DNA of 64,000 bases from Magnetospirillum sp. (GTDB taxonomy: Bacteria > Pseudomonadota > Alphaproteobacteria > CACIAM-22H2): the NCBI GenBank assembly GCA_027532905.1, contig JAPZUA010000001.1, positions 1,111,950-1,175,949 on the forward strand, read 5' to 3'. A program made the translations under genes and the position numbers. Below the pieces are notes generated by a model. That model had not been told where the DNA came from and searched no databases. It saw only the letters and a program-made list of their open reading frames with translations. Positions 9,811-18,877 of the stretch are shown here, piece by piece (positions within the stretch are counted from its first letter, which is position 1; each line of letters opens with the position of its first letter).

Positions 9811-9839
9811 TTTACAAAGACACCAATGGTGTCTATAAT
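9811..9839 (+). promoter_or_regulatory. Near-consensus sigma70 promoter of the AAA+ ATPase with a palindromic operator in its spacer
   Basis: TTTACA(9811)-17 nt-TATAAT(9834); AGACACCA-A-TGGTGTCT at 9818-9834. Confidence 0.8.
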
Positions 9840-9880
9840 GCTTTCATCATCACGCTGCATCCCACAAATCGGAGACCGTT

Positions 9881-11242
9881 ATGTCCGACGACATCCCCAT
9901 CGCCGACCCGCTCGATTCCAAGATTTGGACGGCTGATCCCAGCCGGAGCTGGGATATCCGCCAATCGCGGCGCATCTGGAACTTTGTTTTGGCGTCTTGC
10001 CCTCTGATCGCGGCGCATCTAAGGGAACGAGGACCCAACGACATCGAGCCGGATCTGTTCGCGGATCTCGCGGTGCGCGCCTCCCGCGCCAAACTGTCGG
10101 ATGATGTCGTCGGGTCGCTCTGGTTTCTGGCCGCAAGCCGAAGCCATGTCGCTGCGGCGGGGGCCCTGGTTGGCATGCTCGCCCAATCTTCAAATACCAC
10201 GTCAATATCGATTGAAAGGCGACGGGCGATCCGGCATTGGCGCCGTCGTTTGGCGCGGGTCGAGGTGCTGGACGATGCAAAGCAATTGACGGCGGAGTTT
10301 TCTGCTTTGGTCAAATCTGCTGATCTGGACGAGAGACTTGCGGCCGATCGGTCTCGGCCCGAGTCCGGTCGCGAGCTGATGGTCCTGGCGCCAGCACTGG
10401 CGGCTGAGATCGAGCAGGATCGCGAGATAAAACCCTACAAGAGCCTCGGCGAAATGATGCGGCTTTGGCGACCGAAGACCTCATTCGACGTGCTCCAGAA
10501 AGTTCTGCACTTGGAGTTTCCGCATCTTGGCAGTGCTATCGATACGGTATTGGGTTCGGTTATGTCGGGGGGTGCCGATCGCGAACCGCCGGTGTTGTTG
10601 GTCGGCGCCCCCGGCCTTGGCAAGGACGCGCTGTGGCGGCGTGCATGCGAGCTTACGGGGCGGCCCTTCGTGGAATATGAGCTTGCTGGGACGGCCGATT
10701 CCCGCGCGCTCAAGGGCACCGCACGCGGCTGGTCTTCTCGGAATCCGAGCTATCCCGCCCAGGTCGCGCGGCGGCTGCAGGCGGCAAATCCCTGCGTTCT
10801 AATGACGGAATTGGACAAAGCGGGCGGGAACCCCGCGAATGGATTGATCGTCGATACCCTGCTCGCATGGCTGGAACCCGGATCGCGTGGACATTGGTTC
10901 GACGAGGGGCTGGGCGTGCCGTTGGATTTGAGCCGATTTACCTTCGGGTTCTCAGCGAACCGTATAGATCCGCTGCCGGGTCCGCTACGAAACCGGCTGC
11001 GGATCATCGCGATCAATGCGATCGCGCCGACACATGTCGATCTCTTGCTCGCCAATGTTCGTCGTCGCCACGCGACGCAACTGGGCGTTCGCGAGGGCGA
11101 CGTTCCCGAGCTCGACAAGCGGGTTGTTGCGCGGCTGCGTCAGGTCGCGCGGCAAGGCGGGTTGAATCTGCGGCTGCTGGAGCGGGTCATGCGCGCCGCT
11201 TTTCCTGAGCGGTCGCAAGCCATTTTCGCAAAATTCCATTAG
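9881..11242 (+). CDS. Lon-type AAA+ ATPase without a protease domain, with atypical Walker motifs
   Basis: LLVGAPGLGKD, NPCVLMTELDK, WFDEGLGVPLDLS, FSAN, LPGPLRNRL, LRLLER match Lon ATPase motifs; RBS GGAGA. Confidence 0.85.
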   Translation: MSDDIPIADPLDSKIWTADPSRSWDIRQSRRIWNFVLASCPLIAAHLRERGPNDIEPDLFADLAVRASRAKLSDDVVGSLWFLAASRSHVAAAGALVGMLAQSSNTTSISIERRRAIRHWRRRLARVEVLDDAKQLTAEFSALVKSADLDERLAADRSRPESGRELMVLAPALAAEIEQDREIKPYKSLGEMMRLWRPKTSFDVLQKVLHLEFPHLGSAIDTVLGSVMSGGADREPPVLLVGAPGLGKDALWRRACELTGRPFVEYELAGTADSRALKGTARGWSSRNPSYPAQVARRLQAANPCVLMTELDKAGGNPANGLIVDTLLAWLEPGSRGHWFDEGLGVPLDLSRFTFGFSANRIDPLPGPLRNRLRIIAINAIAPTHVDLLLANVRRRHATQLGVREGDVPELDKRVVARLRQVARQGGLNLRLLERVMRAAFPERSQAIFAKFH

Positions 11243-11254
11243 GGGCAGACCCCA

Positions 11255-11647
11255 ATGACACCGCAATCAATCTCAGTCGCGGTCACTTGGCCGAGTGATG
11301 TCTATCGCGAGTTCAAGGTAACTGTAACCAATGCCGCGTCTAAACAGGAAGTACCGAGCTACATTGACGCGGCTGCGAGGGGCATTAAAGAATGCGACAG
11401 CGTTCCGCGTACGGCGATCTTGAGACCGGCGCCACGCGTTTCGGTGATCCGACTTGCCGCCGATCCGACCTGCCGGTGTCAGATCAGCCGGGTTTCGAGC
11501 CTCGCGCCAAGAGGAAATTGGTCAAGGTTCCGGTTTGCGGTGAAGTGGGTGTCGCGCCTTGTCGCTGTGTGCGATGGATATACCGCCATGCGCGACTCGG
11601 TAATTCCGATTGCGGCAACACTCGCCGCGTTTTTTTTCATCAGATAG
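11255..11647 (+). CDS. Hypothetical protein, possibly degenerate, downstream of the ATPase
   Basis: ATG 12 nt after the ATPase stop with AGGGG RBS; no recognisable family. Confidence 0.3.
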   Translation: MTPQSISVAVTWPSDVYREFKVTVTNAASKQEVPSYIDAAARGIKECDSVPRTAILRPAPRVSVIRLAADPTCRCQISRVSSLAPRGNWSRFRFAVKWVSRLVAVCDGYTAMRDSVIPIAATLAAFFFIR

Positions 11648-11758
11648 TCTTGCTGTGACTCGGCTTCCAAGGTTGACCCCGCCATTTCTACATCTATCAA
11701 ACCGATACTCCATAGAGTCTGGAGCGTTTCGGCGAAAAGAATCAACGTTAAAGCGTTC

Positions 11759-11850
11759 CCCTCTAGACCATCGAATCTGCGCTTAGGTCCATTGGCTTCT
11801 GCTTATTTATGCCGGGGTCAGATTTCAACGCCGGTTCACAGGCGGAAGCA
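11759..11850 (-). repeat. Long inverted repeat, right copy (partner 9200-9291)
   Basis: See left copy; core ATCTGCGCTTAGGTCC at 11775-11790. Confidence 0.85.
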
Positions 11851-12189
11851 CTACAAAAAAATGGCTGCACTCGTCACTCAGATATCGGCCGCCAGCACCG
11901 GCGACGTTCGGCGAGATACAGCCTCTCAAACCGGTCGCCGGGATGCAGTAATCTCTCATTCGGCTTGGTTCAAAAACTCGATCAGGTCACTTGAATAACA
12001 TCGTTAATGCCCCGTCAACGCGGAGGTTTCGGCATTTAGGAAACCGGCGATGCATCCGAAAAAGAAGCTAGGCCTGAAAAGTCGATTTACTAGGATGATC
12101 TGCGGTGCGAGCGACCGACGTAAATTTCGTTGTTATGATCGACGACCTCGAAACTGCGGTGGCTATTGATCCTTTGTCGTATTGCGCAC

Positions 12190-12270
12190 CGCGGCCGTAA
12201 GCTGGACCGAAAGTCGTTGGAGACGATACGCCTGATGGCGGTCGAACGGGTTCGCGATGGCGAAGCAGCG
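12190..12270 (+). pseudogene. IS630-family transposase N-terminal relic
   Basis: GRKLDRKSLETIRLMAVERVRDGE resembles IS630 transposase N-termini; truncated against the recombinase stop. Confidence 0.6.
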
Positions 12271-12273
12271 ACG

Positions 12274-13527
12274 CTAAATAGGCAAGTCATTGGGATTCAG
12301 CTTAGGCTCAAGCTCTGCAGACCAAGAAAATGGTACCCCAATTGCGGCTACGTTCAGATCTGGGCGTCCATATCGCTGGAACGTTTTGGGATCGGAGTGT
12401 CCCATCATTGTGAGTCGGTCGCGCAGGGACAGATTGGTATCTTTGAGCAACGAAGCAAATCGATGGCGCAATACACGCGGCGTTACGAGTTTTCCGTCCT
12501 TTCCAAATATTTCACTCATGATCGCGGTGACCCTGTCATAGGCCTTCTTTGGCGACTTGACCCGCACAACCCGTAGGCCCTCCGGACCGGTCGCCTGCAA
12601 AAGCGCTCTAGTCCATGGCGCATCAGCCTTTACGGTAATACGGCGAACGCCAAGGCCAACATCTTTTTCTTTGCGGACCTTGACTGGCCGCAACTCGATT
12701 TCAACCAAATTGCAGCCTGGTGATCGGATGCTAACACCAAGAGCGATTTCTTCTGGGCGTGCGCCTGCCGCAAGCATAATACAGATTGGCAAATACCAAA
12801 TGCCGTGCGTGCGAGCGGCCTCCTCTAATTTGAATTCCCAATTTGGCGGAAGTCTTTTTAGACGTTCCCAGTATCGCTTTCGAGCGGGTGCCTTTTTGTA
12901 AGATGGTTGGGCAGACGTATCAAAAAGCGTTTTAGTAGCCCAAACGCAAAATTCGAGTGCCTGCAGCGCATATTGCCGCTCCCCATCATCTGACTTGCAG
13001 CAAATGTTGTTCCAATAATCCAAGGCGCTAAAAATCGCGCATTCGAGCCAGATGAGGCATGCCGTATGAACTTTCTTTCGATGCCCACCTGAAAATCTTC
13101 GGAGGTCGAATCCGTCGGTTCTTGAGCACTCCGCCTTATAAATTTTTTGGTAGGCGCGTTCTGTTTGCGCTGTTCGCACTGCATCAATTCGCGATCGCCA
13201 TTTTTCGCCGATAATATTTTGCGTTTGCGTCAAATGATCGATTGCGATTTGTATTCTTTCGAATTCTTGGTCTATCAGTTCGCCGTGTCGCTTTTCGCTT
13301 AAGAAAGAATGGTACTCTTCTGGCTCAAGCGCGTCGGCCGCGAATTCATATTCGAAGTATCGTCTTTCCTCGCCCCCCTCCCTTATTCTTCCCGGGGGAA
13401 GATAAGAGGGGGAAGATGATGTTGGAGATAGTGTAGGCACTTGGGCATGCGCCCGGGTTGAGCCCACCGAAGCGAGACCGCTAGATGCGGCGAGAAGCGA
13501 TGATCCTATTTTATCGGTATTGAACAT
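12274..13527 (-). CDS. Tyrosine recombinase (site-specific integrase) with R-x-x-R in place of H-x-x-R
   Basis: AAGARPEEI, VKV, TPRVLRHRFAS, MMGH, FQRYG; strong RBS AAAGGAG. Confidence 0.85.
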   Translation of the reverse strand: MFNTDKIGSSLLAASSGLASVGSTRAHAQVPTLSPTSSSPSYLPPGRIREGGEERRYFEYEFAADALEPEEYHSFLSEKRHGELIDQEFERIQIAIDHLTQTQNIIGEKWRSRIDAVRTAQTERAYQKIYKAECSRTDGFDLRRFSGGHRKKVHTACLIWLECAIFSALDYWNNICCKSDDGERQYALQALEFCVWATKTLFDTSAQPSYKKAPARKRYWERLKRLPPNWEFKLEEAARTHGIWYLPICIMLAAGARPEEIALGVSIRSPGCNLVEIELRPVKVRKEKDVGLGVRRITVKADAPWTRALLQATGPEGLRVVRVKSPKKAYDRVTAIMSEIFGKDGKLVTPRVLRHRFASLLKDTNLSLRDRLTMMGHSDPKTFQRYGRPDLNVAAIGVPFSWSAELEPKLNPNDLPI

Positions 13528-14268
13528 GGTGGCTCCTTTCCTCGGCGACAGAAACAGCGCCGTGTTAGAGACAACATATTAGTTTTGATCGGAATGGGCG
13601 CTTATACCGCTTTTTTTCGTACTACCGGCATTCACTTTTTTTCAAAAGCCCGGGCTCCAGGTCGGCATCTACGGCATCAGATAAATGGCCGCCAGACCAT
13701 TAAGTCACTAAAATCTTTATAATTAACACGGCAGCAGCTAGCCGGACGGCGTCGCGGATCGTCGTATATGCCTCGGAGCCTGCAATCTCCCCGTTGCCAA
13801 GATTGATGAGACCACCGTCTTGTATCCCGATGATCGTGTCCCCATCGGATCTGGTCATTCCAAGAAGTGTCTTGATGCCGGACGCGGTCGGCGTGTTATC
13901 GATATTGGCGACACACTGCACGTCATTGCTTTAGCCAGAATTAAGGGATCCCAATATTTACATTATAAATGTGTAAATTTTAGTATCTTTGTCGGCCCCG
14001 CCTCTAAATCGTGTCTCTTACATGTCCTTCGAAAATGTTGATTTCGCCGTCCAGTTTGAGTGACCTGACTGAAGTACTCCACTGGATCTGTAGAAATCGG
14101 CAAATTCGAACACTTGTTGTCTGTGCTATTTTGCCAGAAGACCCGCAACGGCATCACTTGATTAAGGTTGGACGGAGATCGAGGTGCGCATGTTACGAAT
14201 TTCTTGTGGCGTTAGACTTCACGAACTAGGAACCAGACGAGCTCCAACACAGACATGTCGACAGTCCA

Positions 14269-14985
14269 TCAGCCGCCAGCACCGCGCGCCGTTGCCAACC
14301 CTGCAAGATGATGCAGAACTTCGTCAGCTTTCATGACGTCGGCGTACTTGTGATGCAGATCGAAAAGGTTGATCTTGTGGATCAGATCCGAGCGATCGAA
14401 GGTGCATTCTTCGACGACCGAAATGTGATATCCGCCCGAATAGCCATCAATACAAGTTGCTCTGACGCAGCCTGAAGTGCTCTCGCCGCACACGATTAGG
14501 CTGCGCACCCCAAGCATCGTAAGGTGCGATCCCAGAGGTGTTCCGGCGAACGCCGAGGCGCGCTGTTTGACGATGACGACATCTTCCGGGGCCGGCGACA
14601 GTTCGGGATGGATTTCGTAGTCGTCAGGCGATGAAGTCATCCGCTGCCGACGTGTCGGTTCGACCCCGCCTGGCTTGCTTAGTGGACGCGCATCCGACGT
14701 GCTGTAGAAAATGGGGATGCTTGCGCGTCGGGCTACCGCAAGGAGCCTCTTTGTTGGGTCCAGCGCATTCCAGGCGTTGATTCCGCACGAACTGGGCCAC
14801 TGCGCCTGAACGTCGACTGGCGGCTTGCGGCCGCCACGATATGCCGAGTTATAGAGATCGACGGCGATGATGGCAGGGCTCGGCCCGACGAACGTGCGAC
14901 GGGCGTAGGCACTGTAGATCGTGAGCGTGTCGCGATCGACCACGTCTTTCCAGCAGTGGTCTTCAAACGCTTCGATTTCTGCCAT
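14269..14985 (-). CDS. Isochorismatase-family cysteine hydrolase (N-carbamoylsarcosine amidase / maleamate amidohydrolase-like)
   Basis: IIAVDL, VIVKQRASAFAGT, GESTSGCVRAT give the D-K-C triad. Confidence 0.88.
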   Translation of the reverse strand: MAEIEAFEDHCWKDVVDRDTLTIYSAYARRTFVGPSPAIIAVDLYNSAYRGGRKPPVDVQAQWPSSCGINAWNALDPTKRLLAVARRASIPIFYSTSDARPLSKPGGVEPTRRQRMTSSPDDYEIHPELSPAPEDVVIVKQRASAFAGTPLGSHLTMLGVRSLIVCGESTSGCVRATCIDGYSGGYHISVVEECTFDRSDLIHKINLFDLHHKYADVMKADEVLHHLAGLATARGAGG

Positions 14986-15038
14986 GGTTCAAGGCTCCTG
15001 ATCTGTGAATTGGGTGGCGATGCGCGATGCGCCCGCAA

Positions 15039-16346
15039 TCAGTTTTTGGCGCCGAGACCCGCCCGGAACTCAGGATGAGCCACCGGCTTCCTAGTCGATG
15101 TATCCGGCCTGCTATCGCCTGCCTCGATGAAGGTGACCGCAATTGCGGCCACGAAGCACAGCAGTCCGGAAATCACGAAGGCAGAAAAGTAGTCGCTATA
15201 TGTCACTCGGATCAGCGCTGCAAAGGCAGCCGCCGAGGCCCCTCCCAACTGGTGGCACACGAACACCCAGCCGAATACCAGCGGTGCGCGCTCGCGGCCA
15301 AACGTATTGGCCAATATGCGGACGGTCGGTGAAACGGTCGCGAACCAACCCAGACCGAAAAATGCAGCAAATATCGACATGGTATAGATATCGTCAAACG
15401 AGAACGGCAGATAGAGAAGCGATACCCCTCTGACGCCGTAATAGATCGCCAACAGGCTGCGATTGTCGAACTTGTCCGAAAGCCAGCCCGACAGGGAAGT
15501 GCCAAAGAAATTGAACATACCCATCGTTGCGAGAAGCGCCGCTCCGGTGATCTCTGAATATCCGTGATCGACGCAGGCAGGAATCAGGTGCGTCCCGAGC
15601 AATCCGTTCGTCGATGCGCCGCAGACAAAAAATGTCCCACTGATCAACCAAAAATTTCGGTTTGAACTTGCATTGCGAAGCGCCAGAAATGCGAGTGCGA
15701 AAGGATTTTCATGTCGGCTGGAGATCGGCTCGATCGGTTGCGTCTCGCCGTAAGGCAACATGCCCACGTCGGATGGCCGATCTCGGAAGAAAATCACGAC
15801 GAGCGGCAGCAGCGTGCAAAGTACGCCAACGATGCAAACAAGCGTGATACGCCATCCGTAGGCAGAATTGACGCTAGCCATCGCGGGCAGGAAAATCAGT
15901 TGGCCTGTCGCGGCAGCCCCCGAGAATATCCCGATGACTAGGCCTCGTTTCGTCGTGAACCATCTGGACGCGACCGTTGCGGCGAGAACCGTCGCCAGAA
16001 AGCCGGTACCCGTTCCGACGAGAACGCCCCACACGACGATCAACTGCCAGACGTGCTCCATGAAGGCTGTCGCTGCGATTGCCCCGGCGAGGACGAGAAG
16101 CGCGACGAGGATGCATCGCCGAACGCCATATCGTTCCATGATCGCGACCGCAAACGGCGCAATGAGCCCATAGAGCAGGAGATTCAAAGATACGGCGAAG
16201 CTGATCGTCGCCCGAGACCATCCGAATTCCTGCTCAAGCGGCAGTATCAGGACACCGGGCGTTGCCCGTATTCCGGCACCGGCCAAGAGGACGAGGCTTG
16301 TCACGCCGACGATGATCCAGCAATAGTCGATCGGCAGTTTTCTCAT
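15039..16346 (-). CDS. MFS transporter
   Basis: About 12 hydrophobic segments; MERYGVRR and GWLSDKFDNR MFS loop motifs. Confidence 0.9.
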   Translation of the reverse strand: MRKLPIDYCWIIVGVTSLVLLAGAGIRATPGVLILPLEQEFGWSRATISFAVSLNLLLYGLIAPFAVAIMERYGVRRCILVALLVLAGAIAATAFMEHVWQLIVVWGVLVGTGTGFLATVLAATVASRWFTTKRGLVIGIFSGAAATGQLIFLPAMASVNSAYGWRITLVCIVGVLCTLLPLVVIFFRDRPSDVGMLPYGETQPIEPISSRHENPFALAFLALRNASSNRNFWLISGTFFVCGASTNGLLGTHLIPACVDHGYSEITGAALLATMGMFNFFGTSLSGWLSDKFDNRSLLAIYYGVRGVSLLYLPFSFDDIYTMSIFAAFFGLGWFATVSPTVRILANTFGRERAPLVFGWVFVCHQLGGASAAAFAALIRVTYSDYFSAFVISGLLCFVAAIAVTFIEAGDSRPDTSTRKPVAHPEFRAGLGAKN

Positions 16347-16411
16347 GATTTCGTGGTTCTTCTTCGTCCAGAATTTGAAGCGAACAGATCCTGCCGCTGA
16401 GCGAAATCCGT

Positions 16412-17236
16412 CTAGTATGGCTTCTCGCCCAGCAGCGTCAGTCGACGAAGCAGTCTGCGCTCGCTTGAGTCAAAATCCGTTCTAGCATGCAGGCAGGACC
16501 GATTGTCCCAGAACATCAGATCGCCGACGGTCCATACGTGCTCGTAAACATAACTTTGCTGCTCTTGATGCGCGAAAAGCTCGTTCAAGATGGCATCACT
16601 TTCATCTCTCGGCATTCCGACGATGTACTGGGTCAGTAGCCTGTTTACATAGAGCGCCTTTCGGCCCGTCGGAGGGTGTGTCCGGAAAATCGGATGAATG
16701 AAACTTCTGGGTCCGAGGTTCGCCGACGACGGTCGAAGCGTACTGACCGTGTCGTAGCTATGCATCGCTGACTTTCCAGACAGCGCGGCCTTAAGGTGTG
16801 TCGGCAGGTCGTCGTACGCCTGAAGCGCATTGGCGAAGAGGGTGTTCCCGCCTTTCGACGGAATCTCCAACGCATAGAGCATCGTTCCGGTCGCTGGCTT
16901 TTCGATATAGGTCTGATCCGAGTGGAAGTGCATTTCGCCGTCGGGTAGGGAGCCGATCAACTTCCCGTCTTCCCGAATGTTCGAGATCAGCATGATCGCG
17001 GGATTCGATTTCGCTGCACGCTCGGCGTTTGCCGTTTTTGCAAGCGGTCCGAAACGTTCTGCAAATCGTATCTGCGCGTTTTCGCCGATCTTTTGACCCC
17101 GGAACAGGATCACACAGTGCCTTTCCCACTCCTGCCGAATACGGGAAAATTGGTTTTCGGTGAGGTCTTCCGAAAGGTCGAAACCAACCGCTTCAGTGCC
17201 GATAGCTTCCGAAAGGGGCCTAAACTCAAGCGCCAT
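16412..17236 (-). CDS. TauD/TfdA-family 2-oxoglutarate/Fe(II) dioxygenase
   Basis: FHSD, GGNTLFAN, WDNRSCLHAR; ATG 17236 with GGGAG RBS. Confidence 0.9.
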   Translation of the reverse strand: MALEFRPLSEAIGTEAVGFDLSEDLTENQFSRIRQEWERHCVILFRGQKIGENAQIRFAERFGPLAKTANAERAAKSNPAIMLISNIREDGKLIGSLPDGEMHFHSDQTYIEKPATGTMLYALEIPSKGGNTLFANALQAYDDLPTHLKAALSGKSAMHSYDTVSTLRPSSANLGPRSFIHPIFRTHPPTGRKALYVNRLLTQYIVGMPRDESDAILNELFAHQEQQSYVYEHVWTVGDLMFWDNRSCLHARTDFDSSERRLLRRLTLLGEKPY

Positions 17237-17589
17237 GGAGTTGTCTCCCATGATCCGTTTCCGACAAAGATAGACTGGAGAAACTTGTAGGAAGGTCGAC
17301 TCGCATTCGATCAACGGCGATCTTCAAGGCTTGCGCAAATGGCACCTCGCTCAGATTGCACAAATCGGGTGGGGTAGATTGGGAGAAATCCCCAAATGAA
17401 TAAGCACCAGCCATAGAAGTACGCATAGGAGTGCTGTATTTAAGAGGTCTAGCGCAAAGACAGATACATTGGACTTCAAGCGAGCGTAGATCAGCATGTC
17501 TGATTACCTCAGCTAGGAGATTCAGCCGAATTGCGGCCCGGAGATCTTCAATAGTCTACGGACGCGTTGAGCACGACGCACCGACATCG

Positions 17590-18573
17590 CTACCTTACCT
17601 TCGCAAGGGTATTCTCGCCCAGAGAGCCGAGAGCGCTTACGCGGTTGTTCTTTTTCAACCAATCGAGAAGATCCCTAAGCTGCCGATCCCGCTCTCGAAC
17701 GCGCTGGTCGTTGTTCTCGTCCCAGCGATACCATCCAGCTCCCGCCGATGCGCCGATCTGGCCGCTGTCGGCCAGATTCTTCAGGATAGCCGGCGGCGCG
17801 AAGTGGGCGTTGCCGGTTGCCTTGTAGATGTAGTCCATGACGGCCACGATGGTTTTCTTGCTGGTCGAAAGATCCTCCTGCATCATCGGACCCCATAGTG
17901 CCAGCCTAGGACCGATGCTAAGTCGCACGGCCATATCGATGTCGTGGGCAGTCGATACGCCCTCTTCAAGGATTTTTTGAACTTCCGCTTTCAGCGCATA
18001 CTGGATTCGATTGATTATGAATCCGGGGCACTCGCGACAAACGATCCCCACGTGATCGATGGTTTCGAGAAAGCTCTGGGCCCGCACGACGAACTCGGGT
18101 GCCGTGAAGTCGGCCGTGATGATCTCGACAGCCTGGATCAAATGCGCCGGCGCGACGTAATGGATGCCGATCACCCGCCGCCGCCCCGGAACATCCACAC
18201 AGATCTCGCTGAGCAGGAATGAAGACGTATTCGTGGCCAGCATTACGTCTCCGGCACACATTTCGTCGAGCTGCCGGAAGAGCGCACGCTTCGCTTCGAG
18301 ATCCTCGTGGATGATTTCATGAACGAGGGTTGCGCCCTGGACGCAGCTCTCGAGAGAATCGTGAAGCTTTATCCGGTCGAGTATCTCGTCCTGCGCTTCC
18401 TTGGACTCCGCGAGATTCCCGAGGATGGGGCGCACCCGATCAGCAAACCCGTCAAGGCTCTTCCGGTTCTGATCGTAGAGGCCGACTCGGTGCCCGCGGG
18501 CAGCACACAATGCGGCGATGACCGTCCCCATAAGTCCTGCGCCGACGATTGCGATCGAGCCATTCATGGTCAT
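17590..18573 (-). CDS. 3-hydroxyacyl-CoA dehydrogenase family protein
   Basis: GAGLMG, E.LEAKRALF, LATNTSS, GIHY, PGFIINRIQ. Confidence 0.9.
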   Translation of the reverse strand: MTMNGSIAIVGAGLMGTVIAALCAARGHRVGLYDQNRKSLDGFADRVRPILGNLAESKEAQDEILDRIKLHDSLESCVQGATLVHEIIHEDLEAKRALFRQLDEMCAGDVMLATNTSSFLLSEICVDVPGRRRVIGIHYVAPAHLIQAVEIITADFTAPEFVVRAQSFLETIDHVGIVCRECPGFIINRIQYALKAEVQKILEEGVSTAHDIDMAVRLSIGPRLALWGPMMQEDLSTSKKTIVAVMDYIYKATGNAHFAPPAILKNLADSGQIGASAGAGWYRWDENNDQRVRERDRQLRDLLDWLKKNNRVSALGSLGENTLAKVR

Positions 18574-18634
18574 CCTTCTTTCCTTTACCCATTTCCCGAA
18601 AACGGCCCGGCTATTGGACGGTCAATTCGAAGAA

Positions 18635-18673
18635 GTGTACCAAAAATCACTCTAGTGTCCAATTTTGGAACAC
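18635..18673. promoter_or_regulatory. Double operator (11-bp inverted repeat, 17-bp spacer), copy 1
   Basis: GTGTACCAAAA-N17-TTTTGGAACAC; identical arms at 19133-19171. Confidence 0.75.
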
Positions 18674-18877
18674 TACATACTTGGATACTCAGTGATTATC
18701 TTCATGATCGAAGCCATTTCCAGGCATCGCCAGCATGCACACCCTCGCTTGTTCGCCGTAGGCGCCCATAGGACAGTCTGAGCAGTTTGCGAACCGGAGT
18801 GCTTTCGGCTCATCGTCATCGTGAATGGGACGAGGATGAGACCGATGTAACAGACCCCGCCGAACGACACAGCCCAG

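Noticed and set aside
13700..13978. 73-aa minus-strand ORF and the nearby AT-rich dyad ATTTACA-N9-TGTAAAT
   Set aside because: No RBS or recognisable family; a single short AT-rich dyad with no clear target gene
9200..14260. Integron (tyrosine recombinase plus attC array)
   Set aside because: The repeats are inverted rather than direct, lack RYYYAAC/GTTRRRY boxes, and the recombinase shows no IntI-like features
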